From: Actinomycetes bacterium
Lineage (GTDB): Bacteria > Actinomycetota > Acidimicrobiia > Acidimicrobiales > JAAEMS01
NCBI GenBank assembly: GCA_024225275.1
Contig: JAAEMS010000220.1
Location: 1-41,054 of the forward strand
Length of the DNA: 41,054 nt
Direction of reading: 5' to 3'
In this document: positions 26,463 through 36,702 of the stretch, in pieces
Numbering within the stretch: position 1 is the stretch's first letter
Layout: each line of letters begins with the position of its first letter
The notes under the pieces: model-generated
Databases searched by the model: none
What the model was told of the DNA's origin: nothing
What the model saw: the letters and a program-made list of their open reading frames with translations, nothing else
Position numbers and translations under genes: made by a program

Positions 26463-27308
26463 TTGCTCGCCATGGCCGTCTTCCTCAGTCTCCTCACCGC
26501 GGCCTTGTTCGGCACCGGCGACTTCTGTGGTGGCCTCGCAGCCAAACGGACTTCGGTGGTCCAGGTCGTCCTCGGATCCCATCTGGTGGGTCTGGTGGGG
26601 GTGTTCATCGCCAGCCTGGTCATGGCCGAACGGTTCCTGCTGGGCGACCTCGTCCTGGGTATGGTCGGCGGGGCTTTCGGGGCGATGGGTGTGGGCCTGC
26701 TCTACCGGGGGCTCGCCCGGGGCCCGATGGGAGTCGTGGCGCCCCTGACGGCCATGACCTCAGCGGCCGCTCCCGCGGCGTGGGGGGTGGGGTTTGGCGA
26801 CGAGCTGTCGGGCTGGGCGTGGGTTGGCATCGTGCTGGCGGTCCTGGCCATCGGCCTGGTCTCGTCCACATCGAGCGCCCCATCCAGCCCGGTGACCGGT
26901 CAGGTGATCGTCGAGGCTCTGATGTCGGGTGTCGGCTTCGGCGCCTTCTTCATCGTGATCGACGCCACCGATGCGGCCAGCGCCCCGTGGCCGGTGGTCG
27001 GCGCCCGGCTGCTGACCACGGTGGGCATCGGGTTCTTCGTCCTGGTCACCGCCGGTCCCGGGGGCGTTCAGTGGGGGGGAGCCACCCCACTCATCGCCCT
27101 CACCGGTGTGTTCGACACCGGCTCGAACGTGCTCTTCCTCTACGCCACCCACGAAGGACTGCTCTCGGTAGTGGCGGTGCTCAGCTCGTTGTACCCCATC
27201 ACCACTGTGATGCTGGCCCGCCTGGTCCTGAACGAACGGTTGACCAGGCTCCAGCTCTGGGGGTTCCTGGCCGCCATGGCCGCCACGGTCCTGATCGCCG
27301 CCGGCTGA
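26463..27308 (+). CDS. EamA/DMT-family permease-like membrane protein
   Basis: Roughly 10 hydrophobic helices with two repeated halves. TTG at 26463; alternative ATG at 26472. Confidence 0.65.
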   Translation: MLAMAVFLSLLTAALFGTGDFCGGLAAKRTSVVQVVLGSHLVGLVGVFIASLVMAERFLLGDLVLGMVGGAFGAMGVGLLYRGLARGPMGVVAPLTAMTSAAAPAAWGVGFGDELSGWAWVGIVLAVLAIGLVSSTSSAPSSPVTGQVIVEALMSGVGFGAFFIVIDATDAASAPWPVVGARLLTTVGIGFFVLVTAGPGGVQWGGATPLIALTGVFDTGSNVLFLYATHEGLLSVVAVLSSLYPITTVMLARLVLNERLTRLQLWGFLAAMAATVLIAAG

Positions 27309-27362
27309 CCGGTCGGCCCGGCCGGACGCTGAGCTGGCGGTCGAGGACACCGGCCCAGGTCA

Positions 27363-29849
27363 TCAGAGGGGCCGGCCCTCGATATCGAGGTAGTCGAGCG
27401 ACAGGTGGCGTTCTGCGTCGAGGGCGGCCATCTCGTCGTCGCCCAGTCCCAGCAGGCCCCGGTAGATCTCGTCGTTGTCGGCCCCCATACGATTGAGCGG
27501 GCCCCAACAAAGGTCGGGCCCGTCCCAGTGCCACAGGTGTCCGGGGAGGAGGTAGGGCGGGACGTCGGGCGAGCTGTTCTCACGGAAGAAGCCCCGGGCC
27601 GCCAGCTCGGGGTCGGCCAACAGGTCGGCTTCGTCGAGCACTGGGCCCACGGTCACGCCCAGCTCACGCAGGCGGGCCGCGAGCTCGTCGCGATCGAAGC
27701 TGGCCGACCATTGGGCGAGCCGGTCGTCGAGGAGGTCGTGCTGGGCTCGGCGGCCCGTCTCGGTGGCCAACCCGGGGTCGAGGGCCCAACCGGGGGAGTC
27801 CATGGCTTGGACCAGGGCCGCCCACTCGGTGTCGTTGGCCACCGTGATGGCGATCCATCGGTCTTCGCCGGAGCAGGGATACACCCCTTGGGGCGCCAGG
27901 TGGGGGTCGCGGTTGGCGTGACGGTCGTGGGGTTCGCCGGTGAGGGAAGTGTCGACGAGATACTCACCGATGTAGTTGAGCAGGTTCTCGGCCTGAGCCA
28001 ACTCGATGAGCTCGCCGTGACCGGTGCGTTCCCGCCGGCGGAGGGCGGCGAGGATGGCGAACGTGGCCGCCGCGCCGCTGGCGGGATCCATGAAATAGGT
28101 GGAGTCGAGGGCCGAGGGATCGAGATCGAGGTAGCCCCGGAGTGAGGTCAGCCCACAAATGGCCTCCATATGAGCTCCGAACCCGATGTAGTCGGAGTAG
28201 GGCCCTTCGAGGCCCAGGGAAGGCAGGCGGGCCGCGATCAGCCGGCTGTTGCGGGCGTGGAGCTCGTCCCAGCCCAGGCCCAGGGTGTCGAGCACCTTGG
28301 CTGAGTTGTTCTCGACGAACACGTCGCTCTGCTCGACCAGGCGCAGGAACGTCTCGCGACCGAGCTGGGTGCGCAGGTCGAGCGTGGCGCCCTTCTTGCC
28401 CCGGGCGTGGCATACGAACGCACCCACCCGGTTCCAGGGGCGCTCACCCCCCTCATCACCGGGGAACACACCCCAGTACTGACCCAAGTCGGCCTCGTGG
28501 CCGGGCCGGGGTCGGGGGATGGCCCCCCGGGTGGCGGTGGGGAACAGGTTCGGATTGTCGAGCCGGATGACCTCGGCCCCCAGGTCGCCGAGAAGGGCGG
28601 TGCAGAGGGGTCCGGCCCACACGACGGTCAGGTCGAGGACGCGGACTCCCTCGAGGGGGAGGCGGCGTTCGCCGGCCGGTGTTCGGGCGGCCCGCTCCGG
28701 CGGGGGTGCTGCCCTCAGTTCGGCGGTGTGCTGACCCAGGGTGGGCGAGGGCCGCCGCGGGACCCATCCATCGGTCATCCGGATCTGGGGACCCGGTGCT
28801 TCGAACTTGCCGGCGACCGGATGATCCACTGGGGTCCAGAACCCTCGGCTCCGGAAGTGATCGTCGGCCAATACGTCGGTGGTGGAGTTCAGCGGGGTGA
28901 CGGCCAGCTGCCGGGCCTGGGCGTCCTCCATGGTCTGCTGGCTCGTGCGGGTGAGTGTCCAGCCGAAGATGGCCTCGTTGAGCAGCCCCGGTATCTCGTC
29001 GTCTTCCATCCAGTCGGGCTGGGCGATTCGTTCCTGTAGCTCCTCATGGCCCAGCATCTCGGCCACTCGGGGCATCCAGTTGGGGGCGAACACGATCTGG
29101 GTGTAGCCGTCGAGGGTGGGGTAGATGCCGGCCGGGATCAGGCCCTCGCGGTGGCCACCCTCGCGCTCTCCCAGCCGGCCGGTGAACACATGGCGTACCA
29201 GGAGGGCGATACGGCGGTCGATCGAGCCCGCCTGGGTCTCGAAGTTGGAGACGTCGACATGGGTTCCCTGCCCCGACGCCTCGGCCATGGCCACTGCCGC
29301 CAGGGTGGCCGCCGCCGCCACCGCCCCGCACTGGTATTGGATGATGTTGCCGGCCAACCTCACCGGCTCCCGATCGGGCGACCCGGTGGAGCTGAGGGGT
29401 CCGGCCATGGCGTAGGTCGTGAGCTCGCTGGCCGGCCACCCGGCGTAGGGGCCGGTGCGACCGAAGGGGGTGACGCTGGTGACCACGAGACCCGGGTAGC
29501 GGGCCCCCAACTCATCGGGGTCGAGGCCCGGAGGTGACCGGCCCGGGACCGAGGACTCGATGACCACGTCGGCGCCGGCGATGAGGTCCGCGAGCAGGGC
29601 CCGGTCCTCGTCGGCCTCCTCGTCGATGACGACCGACCGCTTGTTGCGGTTCAGATGGAGGAAGAGGGGGCTGCGTTCCGGGTCGGGTCGCGGCCCGGGC
29701 CGGGGACTCTCGCTCCGGGACGGGTCGCCGGTGGGCGGCTCGACCTTGATGACATCGGCTCCGTAGTCGGCCACCAGCTTGCCCGTGTAGGGGCCGGCGA
29801 TCCCGGTGGCGAGCTCGACCACCACGAGCCCGGCGAGGGGTTGTTCCAT
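27363..29849 (-). CDS. Tandem-fused double family III CoA-transferase (two CaiB/BaiF domains in one 828-aa polypeptide)
   Basis: Two separate N-terminal-type CoA-binding motifs: LAGLVVVELATGIAGPYTGKLVADYGADVIKVE at the N-terminus and LEGVRVLDLTVVWAGPLCTALLGDLGAEVIRLD near residue 400. Each is followed by the family III large and small domain blocks. Confidence 0.85.
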   Translation of the reverse strand: MEQPLAGLVVVELATGIAGPYTGKLVADYGADVIKVEPPTGDPSRSESPRPGPRPDPERSPLFLHLNRNKRSVVIDEEADEDRALLADLIAGADVVIESSVPGRSPPGLDPDELGARYPGLVVTSVTPFGRTGPYAGWPASELTTYAMAGPLSSTGSPDREPVRLAGNIIQYQCGAVAAAATLAAVAMAEASGQGTHVDVSNFETQAGSIDRRIALLVRHVFTGRLGEREGGHREGLIPAGIYPTLDGYTQIVFAPNWMPRVAEMLGHEELQERIAQPDWMEDDEIPGLLNEAIFGWTLTRTSQQTMEDAQARQLAVTPLNSTTDVLADDHFRSRGFWTPVDHPVAGKFEAPGPQIRMTDGWVPRRPSPTLGQHTAELRAAPPPERAARTPAGERRLPLEGVRVLDLTVVWAGPLCTALLGDLGAEVIRLDNPNLFPTATRGAIPRPRPGHEADLGQYWGVFPGDEGGERPWNRVGAFVCHARGKKGATLDLRTQLGRETFLRLVEQSDVFVENNSAKVLDTLGLGWDELHARNSRLIAARLPSLGLEGPYSDYIGFGAHMEAICGLTSLRGYLDLDPSALDSTYFMDPASGAAATFAILAALRRRERTGHGELIELAQAENLLNYIGEYLVDTSLTGEPHDRHANRDPHLAPQGVYPCSGEDRWIAITVANDTEWAALVQAMDSPGWALDPGLATETGRRAQHDLLDDRLAQWSASFDRDELAARLRELGVTVGPVLDEADLLADPELAARGFFRENSSPDVPPYLLPGHLWHWDGPDLCWGPLNRMGADNDEIYRGLLGLGDDEMAALDAERHLSLDYLDIEGRPL

Positions 29850-29880
29850 GGCGGGGGACGTTAGCCAGCCTGCAAGGTGC

Positions 29881-30906
29881 TCACAGGCGGCGCTCGGCGG
29901 CCTGGGTGGCCGCTTCGACGAGACCGGGCATCTCGGCCTGGAGACCCAACTCGGGACGGGCGTCCAGCCAGGCCACCAGCATGAGGTGACGGATCAGCAG
30001 GAAGGTGTCGATGAGGGTGACCTGATCATCGCTGAGCGGTCGGACCTCGCGGTAGCCCTGGACCAGGGCCTGGCGGGCCGCGACCTCGTAGGGCTCGCCC
30101 ACCGATGGATGGAGGGCAACCGCAAGCTCGTGGGCGTACCAGCCGTATCCGGCATCGTCGAAGTCGATCATGACCAGCCGGTCGTCATCGGTGACGAGCA
30201 CATTGTGGAGGTGGAGATCGGCATGAATGAGCCCATAGTCATCGGTGGTGGCCAGCCCGGCCAGTACGTCGTGGGTGGATGCTCGGGCCCGGAGGAGGAG
30301 ATCGGCCTGGGCGGGGGTGAGGCCATCGACTTCCCAGAAGCGACCCCACAGCGGGTCCTGCCCCACCAGACCGGCGACATCCCAGGACCGGCGGCTGAAG
30401 TCCGGCGGCCGTGGCCAACGCTCGGAGACGTCGTGTACCCGAGCGGCCAGCGCCCCGAGCCGGCGGTGGTGTTCGGCGGCCCGGCTGGAGTCGTGGGCCA
30501 GGGACTCCCCGAGGGGGCTGCCATCGATCCATTCGATGACCCCGACTTCGCGTTGCTCGGACCCTACGGGGAAGGCCCGGTAGAACTCGCCGTGCCGATT
30601 GGGGAGGGCACCGGGGAGATCGAGCCCGGCTTCGCGGAGCGCCGATACCCACGCCACCTCGGACTCGAGCTCGGCCCGCGAGTTGTAGCCCGGGCGATGG
30701 AGGCGCAGAGCGACCGGGCCCTGGGCGCCGGCCCTCTCGGCCCGGAACACGGCGTTCTCCTGGATGGCCACCAACTCGATCGACCCGGCGTCGAGGTCCC
30801 ATTCGACGGCCGCAGCTCGGGCCGCGGCCGCCAGTTCGGGGGTGGGGGTGGGCTTACGCTCGAACACTGGTGGCGGGGACGGCGTCGATCGCGTCAGAGA
30901 AGGCAT
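29881..30906 (-). CDS. APH/homoserine-kinase-II-like small-molecule kinase
   Basis: Brenner and Mg-binding motifs LIHADLHLHNVLV...LVMIDFDDAGYGWYAHELA. The ATG at 30906 would overlap the upstream aminotransferase by 53 nt; an in-frame GTG at 30867 gives a 14-nt overlap. Confidence 0.75.
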   Translation of the reverse strand: MPSLTRSTPSPPPVFERKPTPTPELAAAARAAAVEWDLDAGSIELVAIQENAVFRAERAGAQGPVALRLHRPGYNSRAELESEVAWVSALREAGLDLPGALPNRHGEFYRAFPVGSEQREVGVIEWIDGSPLGESLAHDSSRAAEHHRRLGALAARVHDVSERWPRPPDFSRRSWDVAGLVGQDPLWGRFWEVDGLTPAQADLLLRARASTHDVLAGLATTDDYGLIHADLHLHNVLVTDDDRLVMIDFDDAGYGWYAHELAVALHPSVGEPYEVAARQALVQGYREVRPLSDDQVTLIDTFLLIRHLMLVAWLDARPELGLQAEMPGLVEAATQAAERRL

Positions 30907-32152
30907 CGAGGAAGAGGTCGGCGTGCTCGTCGTTGAACACGAGCGGGGGTCGGACCTTGAGCACGTTGCGGTGCTGTCCGGCCTGGCCCATGAGGATGCC
31001 CCGCTGGCGCATGGCCTCGACCACGCGGGCCGCTCCGTCGGGGTCGGGGGTGTTCGAATCGGGGTCGGTGACCCACTCGACGCCGATGAACAGGCCGTGG
31101 CCGCGCACGTCGGCCAGAGCAGGATGCTCGAGCGCGTCGAGGCCGGCCCGGAGATGGGCTCCGACCCTGGACACCTGGCTCACCAGGTCGCCGCTCTCGA
31201 TCTCCTCGAGTACGGCGTTGCCGGCCGCAGCCTGTAGCGGGCTTCCCGCGTAGGTGTTGAAGTACCGGCGGGTACGTCGAAAGCCGCTGACCAGCTCATG
31301 GCTGGCTGTCACGCCCGACACCGGTAGGCCGTTGCCCATTGGTTTGCCCATGGCGACGATGTCGGGCTCGAACCCCGAGGTCTGGTATCCCCACCACCGA
31401 CCGCTGCGGGCGAAGCCGGCCTGAACCTCATCGGCGATGAACAACCCACCCGCCTCGTGTACGAGCTCGACTGCCCCTTCCATGAAGCCGGCGGGGATGC
31501 GGGGGAGGCCCTCGTTGGCCATGATCGAGCAGGCGATCATGCCGGCGAAGCCCACCCCGTCGGCCTCGAACGCCGCGATCTGGGTTTCGAGCTCGGACAG
31601 GTAGAGGGCGGTGAGCTCGGTGTCGGTGAGGCCGGGGGCCAGGGGCCGGAAGAGTTGGGGGGTGGGGATGGACCGGAACTCGGGGTGGGGGCTGGATGCG
31701 TTGACCGACGACAGCCTGGTCAGCTTGCTGACCTCCTCGGTGTTGCCGTGGTAGGTGGCGTCGGTGCCGATGATCCCCCGGCCGCCGGTGGCGCCCCTGG
31801 CCATCATGAGGGCGATCTCGATGGCCTCCGAGCCCGAGCAGGCGAACACGACGCTCTCGAACTGGTCGTGGTGGAGCCCGAGGAGCCGTTCGCCGTACTC
31901 GATCACCCCTTGGTGGAGGTAGCGGCTGTGCACATTGAGGGTGCGGGCCTGCTGGTACATGGCCTCGGCCACCCGGGTATTGCCGTGTCCCACACAAGGC
32001 ACATTGTTGTACACGTCCAGATAGCGGTCGCCGTCAGCGGTGTGGAGCCAGACCCCGTCACCCTCGGTGAGCTCGAGGGGTTCGTCGTAGAAGAGGGGAG
32101 TGGCGTCGCCGAGAATGCGGTCGTGTCGGGCCCGGAGCCCATCGGGGGCCAT
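30854..32152 (-). CDS. Class III PLP-dependent aminotransferase-fold enzyme; candidate O-phospho-aminoalcohol phospho-lyase or aminotransferase
   Basis: YLDVYNNVPCVGHGNTRV, GSEAIEIALMMAR, the DEVQAGFARSG motif (DEV.. of class III) and the PLP lysine region GKPMGNG. Confidence 0.85.
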   Translation of the reverse strand: MAPDGLRARHDRILGDATPLFYDEPLELTEGDGVWLHTADGDRYLDVYNNVPCVGHGNTRVAEAMYQQARTLNVHSRYLHQGVIEYGERLLGLHHDQFESVVFACSGSEAIEIALMMARGATGGRGIIGTDATYHGNTEEVSKLTRLSSVNASSPHPEFRSIPTPQLFRPLAPGLTDTELTALYLSELETQIAAFEADGVGFAGMIACSIMANEGLPRIPAGFMEGAVELVHEAGGLFIADEVQAGFARSGRWWGYQTSGFEPDIVAMGKPMGNGLPVSGVTASHELVSGFRRTRRYFNTYAGSPLQAAAGNAVLEEIESGDLVSQVSRVGAHLRAGLDALEHPALADVRGHGLFIGVEWVTDPDSNTPDPDGAARVVEAMRQRGILMGQAGQHRNVLKVRPPLVFNDEHADLFLDAFSDAIDAVPATSVRA

Positions 32153-32158
32153 CGGGAC

Positions 32159-32635
32159 TCAGGCTCCGGGCCGGAAGACCATCAGGTAAAGCAGGATCAG
32201 GAGGAGCACCGTGAGGATGACACCACCCAGATCGACCTTCGACTTGGCCATCCGGTTGCCGGTGCCGTAGGCCCGTTCGGCCGGATACAGCAGGCCGTGC
32301 AGGACACCGTTCATGGCCACCCAGACCACCATGGCGGCCACGATCCAGCCGTCGCTCATGGAGTAGACGCTGGTGTCGCCCCCGGCGGGATCGCCGCTCA
32401 TGCCCACCAGCCCGAAACCCAGGATCCCGGCCAGAGCCAGGGCGGGTCCATGGATGCGCTGGGTGCCGATGGCCTGGAACGACCGGACGGTGGAGGCGGC
32501 GCCCTGATCGATGTCGTCCATTCGGCGATCGAGTATCGGGTTGATGAAGGCCGGAGCGAAGGCGGCCAGCACGCACAGGATGTGCAGGAACAACACGATG
32601 TTGTAGGGCGTGTCACGGTACGCAGCGAGAATCAT
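32159..32635 (-). CDS. Small integral membrane protein (four TM helices), first gene of the minus-strand operon
   Basis: Hydrophobic helices throughout. It lies 6 nt upstream of the aminotransferase start on the same strand. Confidence 0.6.
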   Translation of the reverse strand: MILAAYRDTPYNIVLFLHILCVLAAFAPAFINPILDRRMDDIDQGAASTVRSFQAIGTQRIHGPALALAGILGFGLVGMSGDPAGGDTSVYSMSDGWIVAAMVVWVAMNGVLHGLLYPAERAYGTGNRMAKSKVDLGGVILTVLLLILLYLMVFRPGA

Positions 32636-32730
32636 GGCTGCACCCTACGGCCCGACCCTGCGGCGCTCAAGGGGCGGCAAAGGATGGGGTCAGACCCCGG
32701 CGGATCCCACTCCTCCCAAATTTGCACGGC

Positions 32731-32751
32731 AAGGGTGATCTGATCACCCTT
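32731..32751. promoter_or_regulatory. Perfect 21-bp palindrome AAGGGTGATC-T-GATCACCCTT
   Basis: Read directly from the sequence. It lies 2 nt downstream of the MOSC stop codon and about 95 nt upstream of the minus-strand operon start (32635). It is an operator-like dyad or a short terminator hairpin. Confidence 0.3.
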
Positions 32752-32752
32752 C

Positions 32753-33613
32753 TCACCCGAATTTCGCCAGAGGGGCGGTGGTTTCGTCGACTTCGACGGG
32801 GTCCCCGACGGTCAGATCGGTGCCAGTGGGACCGATGGCACAGCCGATGCCGAACAGGCCGCTGCCCTCCAGGGCGCCCCGCCACCGCGCGGGAGCAGCC
32901 GAGGCGTCGGTACACCAACGGTGGGCCTTCAGGGCCAGAGCCGGCTCCTTGTGGCGTTCGGCGGTGTCCTGGTCGATCTGGGGAATGGGGCATCGGGGCC
33001 AGGGGCTGCCGGTGGTGACGGAAGCGGCTCCTACCCGGAAGCGCGACCAGGTGTCTTCGACCCACGCTTCGTCGGTGTCGACCACCAGGTTGGGGCGGAA
33101 GCGGTCCATACCGAATGGTTCGGACGCCCTCTCGTTCAGCCACGCCAGCGACGCGGTGTTGGCGACCAGTACGGGAGCGGCATCGGCAAACGAGACGTCC
33201 TGGTCGAACACGTCGAAGCCGCCGGGAAGGCGCCACTGGGTGGCGCCGACGAAGGCGGTCAGGCGGGCTGGCTCGCCGAACAGATCGCAGAACCAGGCGG
33301 CAACGTCATCGCCCGCGTCACCGACCTCGACCGGCACCTTGAACAGGGTCCGCACCGTGGCCGATGCATCAGTCGGGTGCGGCACCTCGATGGGCTGGCG
33401 GCCAGGAGCCTCGAGCCGGAGACCCCCGCTGATCAGGGTGGGTTGCACGGTGGCCATCACCGGGTGCTGACGCTGGGTGATGGGCTCACCTTCGGGGGTG
33501 GTGACCTGCCACTCACGGTCGTGTTCGATGCCCCGGACCGAGACCCGGGCCGTCTCTACCTCGAGTCGGTGACAGGACTTGATGGGGTGGATGTGGATGC
33601 TGGCCAGCTGCAT
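32753..33613 (-). CDS. MOSC-domain protein (MOSC_N beta-barrel plus MOSC)
   Basis: N-terminal MQLASIHIHPIKSC (YcbX-type MOSC_N) and a conserved Cys-containing C-terminal MOSC region. Confidence 0.85.
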   Translation of the reverse strand: MQLASIHIHPIKSCHRLEVETARVSVRGIEHDREWQVTTPEGEPITQRQHPVMATVQPTLISGGLRLEAPGRQPIEVPHPTDASATVRTLFKVPVEVGDAGDDVAAWFCDLFGEPARLTAFVGATQWRLPGGFDVFDQDVSFADAAPVLVANTASLAWLNERASEPFGMDRFRPNLVVDTDEAWVEDTWSRFRVGAASVTTGSPWPRCPIPQIDQDTAERHKEPALALKAHRWCTDASAAPARWRGALEGSGLFGIGCAIGPTGTDLTVGDPVEVDETTAPLAKFG

Positions 33614-33754
33614 CGCGGGATCGTACCGGCCTGGCCGTCAGCCCATGCACCGCAGGAAGCGCCAACCATCCGAAACATGTCGGATAAGGGTGCCTACACA
33701 ACCTTTCCCAGGCGAATTTCGGGTGTGGGGGGTCCGGCGTGCGAGCATGGCCGG

Positions 33755-34636
33755 ATGGCGAACGCAACCGTGGGTCCTGTCGAGCTGCACTACGAAGAAT
33801 TCGGAGATGGCAATGACCCGCCCTTGCTGATGGTCATGGGCTTGGGTGCGCAGATGATCGTGTGGCCCGACGAGCTGTGCCAGGGCCTGGTCGACCGAGG
33901 CTTCCGGGTCATCCGTTTCGACAATCGCGACGTGGGCATGTCGACCTGGTTCGACGGCGTTGAGGTCGACATGGCCGCGGCCGTCACCGCCGGCATGATG
34001 GGCCAGCCCTTCGACGGCGCCCCCTACAACCTCTCCGACATGGCGGCCGACGCCATCGGGCTGCTCGACCATCTCGATATCAGCCAGGCCAACATCGTGG
34101 GGGCCTCGATGGGCGGCATGATCGTCCAGACCATGGCCATCGAACACGGCGACCGCATCGCCAGCCTGTGCTCGATCATGTCGAACACCGGCAACCCCGA
34201 GTTCGGTGCCCCCACCCCCGACGCCATGGGCGCCCTGCTCAGTCCGGGACCGACCGAACGTGAGGCCGCCATCGAGCACAGCGTGGGGGTATCGAAGGTG
34301 ATCAGCAGCGCCGCCCACTTCGACGAGGACGATGTGCGGGCCCGGGCCGCCGCCCACTACGACCGCGGGTTCAACCCCGATGGGGTGACCCGTCAGGTCG
34401 CCGCCATCATGGCGTCGGGCAGCCGCGAGGAGGGCCTCCAGGCTCTCGATCTGCCCACTCTGGTCATTCATGGTGCCCAAGACCCCCTGATCACCCCGAC
34501 CGGCGGCGAGCGTACGGCCGAGCTCGTGCCCGACGCCGAGCTGTTGATGCTCGAGGAGATGGCCCACGACCTCCCGATCCCGTTGTGGGGGCCGATCATC
34601 TCCTCGATCACTTCCAACGTGATACGGGTGGCATGA
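33755..34636 (+). CDS. Alpha/beta-hydrolase fold protein (copy 1)
   Basis: HG-type oxyanion region LLMVMGLGAQ and nucleophile elbow GASMGG. The ATG at 33755 is in frame. The track ORF start at 32921 is a long spurious 5' extension antisense to the MOSC gene. Confidence 0.8.
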   Translation: MANATVGPVELHYEEFGDGNDPPLLMVMGLGAQMIVWPDELCQGLVDRGFRVIRFDNRDVGMSTWFDGVEVDMAAAVTAGMMGQPFDGAPYNLSDMAADAIGLLDHLDISQANIVGASMGGMIVQTMAIEHGDRIASLCSIMSNTGNPEFGAPTPDAMGALLSPGPTEREAAIEHSVGVSKVISSAAHFDEDDVRARAAAHYDRGFNPDGVTRQVAAIMASGSREEGLQALDLPTLVIHGAQDPLITPTGGERTAELVPDAELLMLEEMAHDLPIPLWGPIISSITSNVIRVA

Positions 34637-35514
34637 GCCGCACGGCGCGCAGTGGCGCGGTCGAGCTCGTGTACGAGACCTTCGGTTCGCCGGAGGATCC
34701 GACCCTCCTCCTGGTGAACGGCCTCGGGTCCCAGATGATCGCCTGGGCCCCCGGCATGGTCGATGCGTTCGTCACCGAGGGGTTCCATGTCATCCGCTTC
34801 GACAACCGCGATGTCGGCCTCAGCACCTGGCTCGACGAGTTCGACATCGACGTCGTCGGCACCCTGAAACGGGTCGAGGCCGGTGAGTCGGTCGACGTGC
34901 CCTATGACCTGTCCGACATGGCGGCTGACGCGGTGGCGGTCCTCGACGCAGCGGGCATCGACCGGGCCCACATCCTCGGGGTGTCGATGGGCGGGATGAT
35001 CGTCCAGACCATGGCCATCGAGTACCCCGAGCGGGTCGCCACCCTCACCTCGGTCATGTCGCGCACCGGTGAGGCTGACTACGGCGTATCGACCCCCGAG
35101 GCCAGCCGGGGCCTCATGTCACCGGCGCCGGCCGAGCGCAGTGCCGTCATCCAGCACACGGTCGACACCGGCCGCTTGTGGGCCAGCCCCGACTGGTACG
35201 ACGAGGATCGGGCCCGCGCCCGCGCTGCCGCAGCCTATGACCGGGCCCATCACCCGATCGGAGTGGGCCGCCAGATGCTGGCGGTACGGGCCTCGCCCGA
35301 CCGGACCGAGGGGCTGCGGGAACTCGATGTCCCGACCCTGGTCATCCATGGCGCCTCCGATACCCTCATCCCACCCGACGGGGGTGAGCGGACGGCCGAG
35401 CTCATACCCGGCGCCGAGCTCTTGCTCATCGAGGGGATGGGCCACGACTATCCACCCGAGGTCTGGCCCAGCTGGGCCACGGCCGTGCGGGCCCTGCGTG
35501 ACCGCGCCGATTGA
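34633..35514 (+). CDS. Alpha/beta-hydrolase fold protein (copy 2, tandem paralog)
   Basis: ATGA overlap with copy 1. Roughly 50% identity to copy 1 (VELVYETFGSPEDPTLLLVNGLGSQMIAW / RFDNRDVGLSTW / GVSMGGMIVQTMAIE). Confidence 0.8.
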   Translation: MSRTARSGAVELVYETFGSPEDPTLLLVNGLGSQMIAWAPGMVDAFVTEGFHVIRFDNRDVGLSTWLDEFDIDVVGTLKRVEAGESVDVPYDLSDMAADAVAVLDAAGIDRAHILGVSMGGMIVQTMAIEYPERVATLTSVMSRTGEADYGVSTPEASRGLMSPAPAERSAVIQHTVDTGRLWASPDWYDEDRARARAAAAYDRAHHPIGVGRQMLAVRASPDRTEGLRELDVPTLVIHGASDTLIPPDGGERTAELIPGAELLLIEGMGHDYPPEVWPSWATAVRALRDRAD

Positions 35515-35551
35515 CAAGACCAAGATCACACCGACACAAGGGACACACCAC

Positions 35552-36700
<1,149 letters not shown>

Positions 36701-36702
36701 TC

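Noticed and set aside
25052-26623. 523-aa minus-strand ORF overlapping the MFS gene in another frame
   Set aside because: R/G/P-rich frame shadow. The 25090-26304 frame gives a proper 12-TM MFS protein.
32753-33725. The AT-rich motif CGAATTTCG occurs at both ends of the MOSC gene (32756 and 33715), suggestive of a flanking direct repeat
   Set aside because: It is only a 9-mer. The first copy is within the coding sequence and the stop codon. I judged it too short to distinguish from chance.
32921-33754. 5' portion of the 571-aa plus-strand ORF preceding the first alpha/beta-hydrolase
   Set aside because: Antisense to the MOSC gene and lacking motifs. The hydrolase homology begins at the in-frame ATG at 33755, which parallels the start of the tandem paralog.
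35069-35551. 5' portion of the 543-aa ORF preceding mcr
   Set aside because: A frame shadow over the second hydrolase. Mcr homology begins at the ATG at 35552, matching the mycobacterial Mcr N-terminus.
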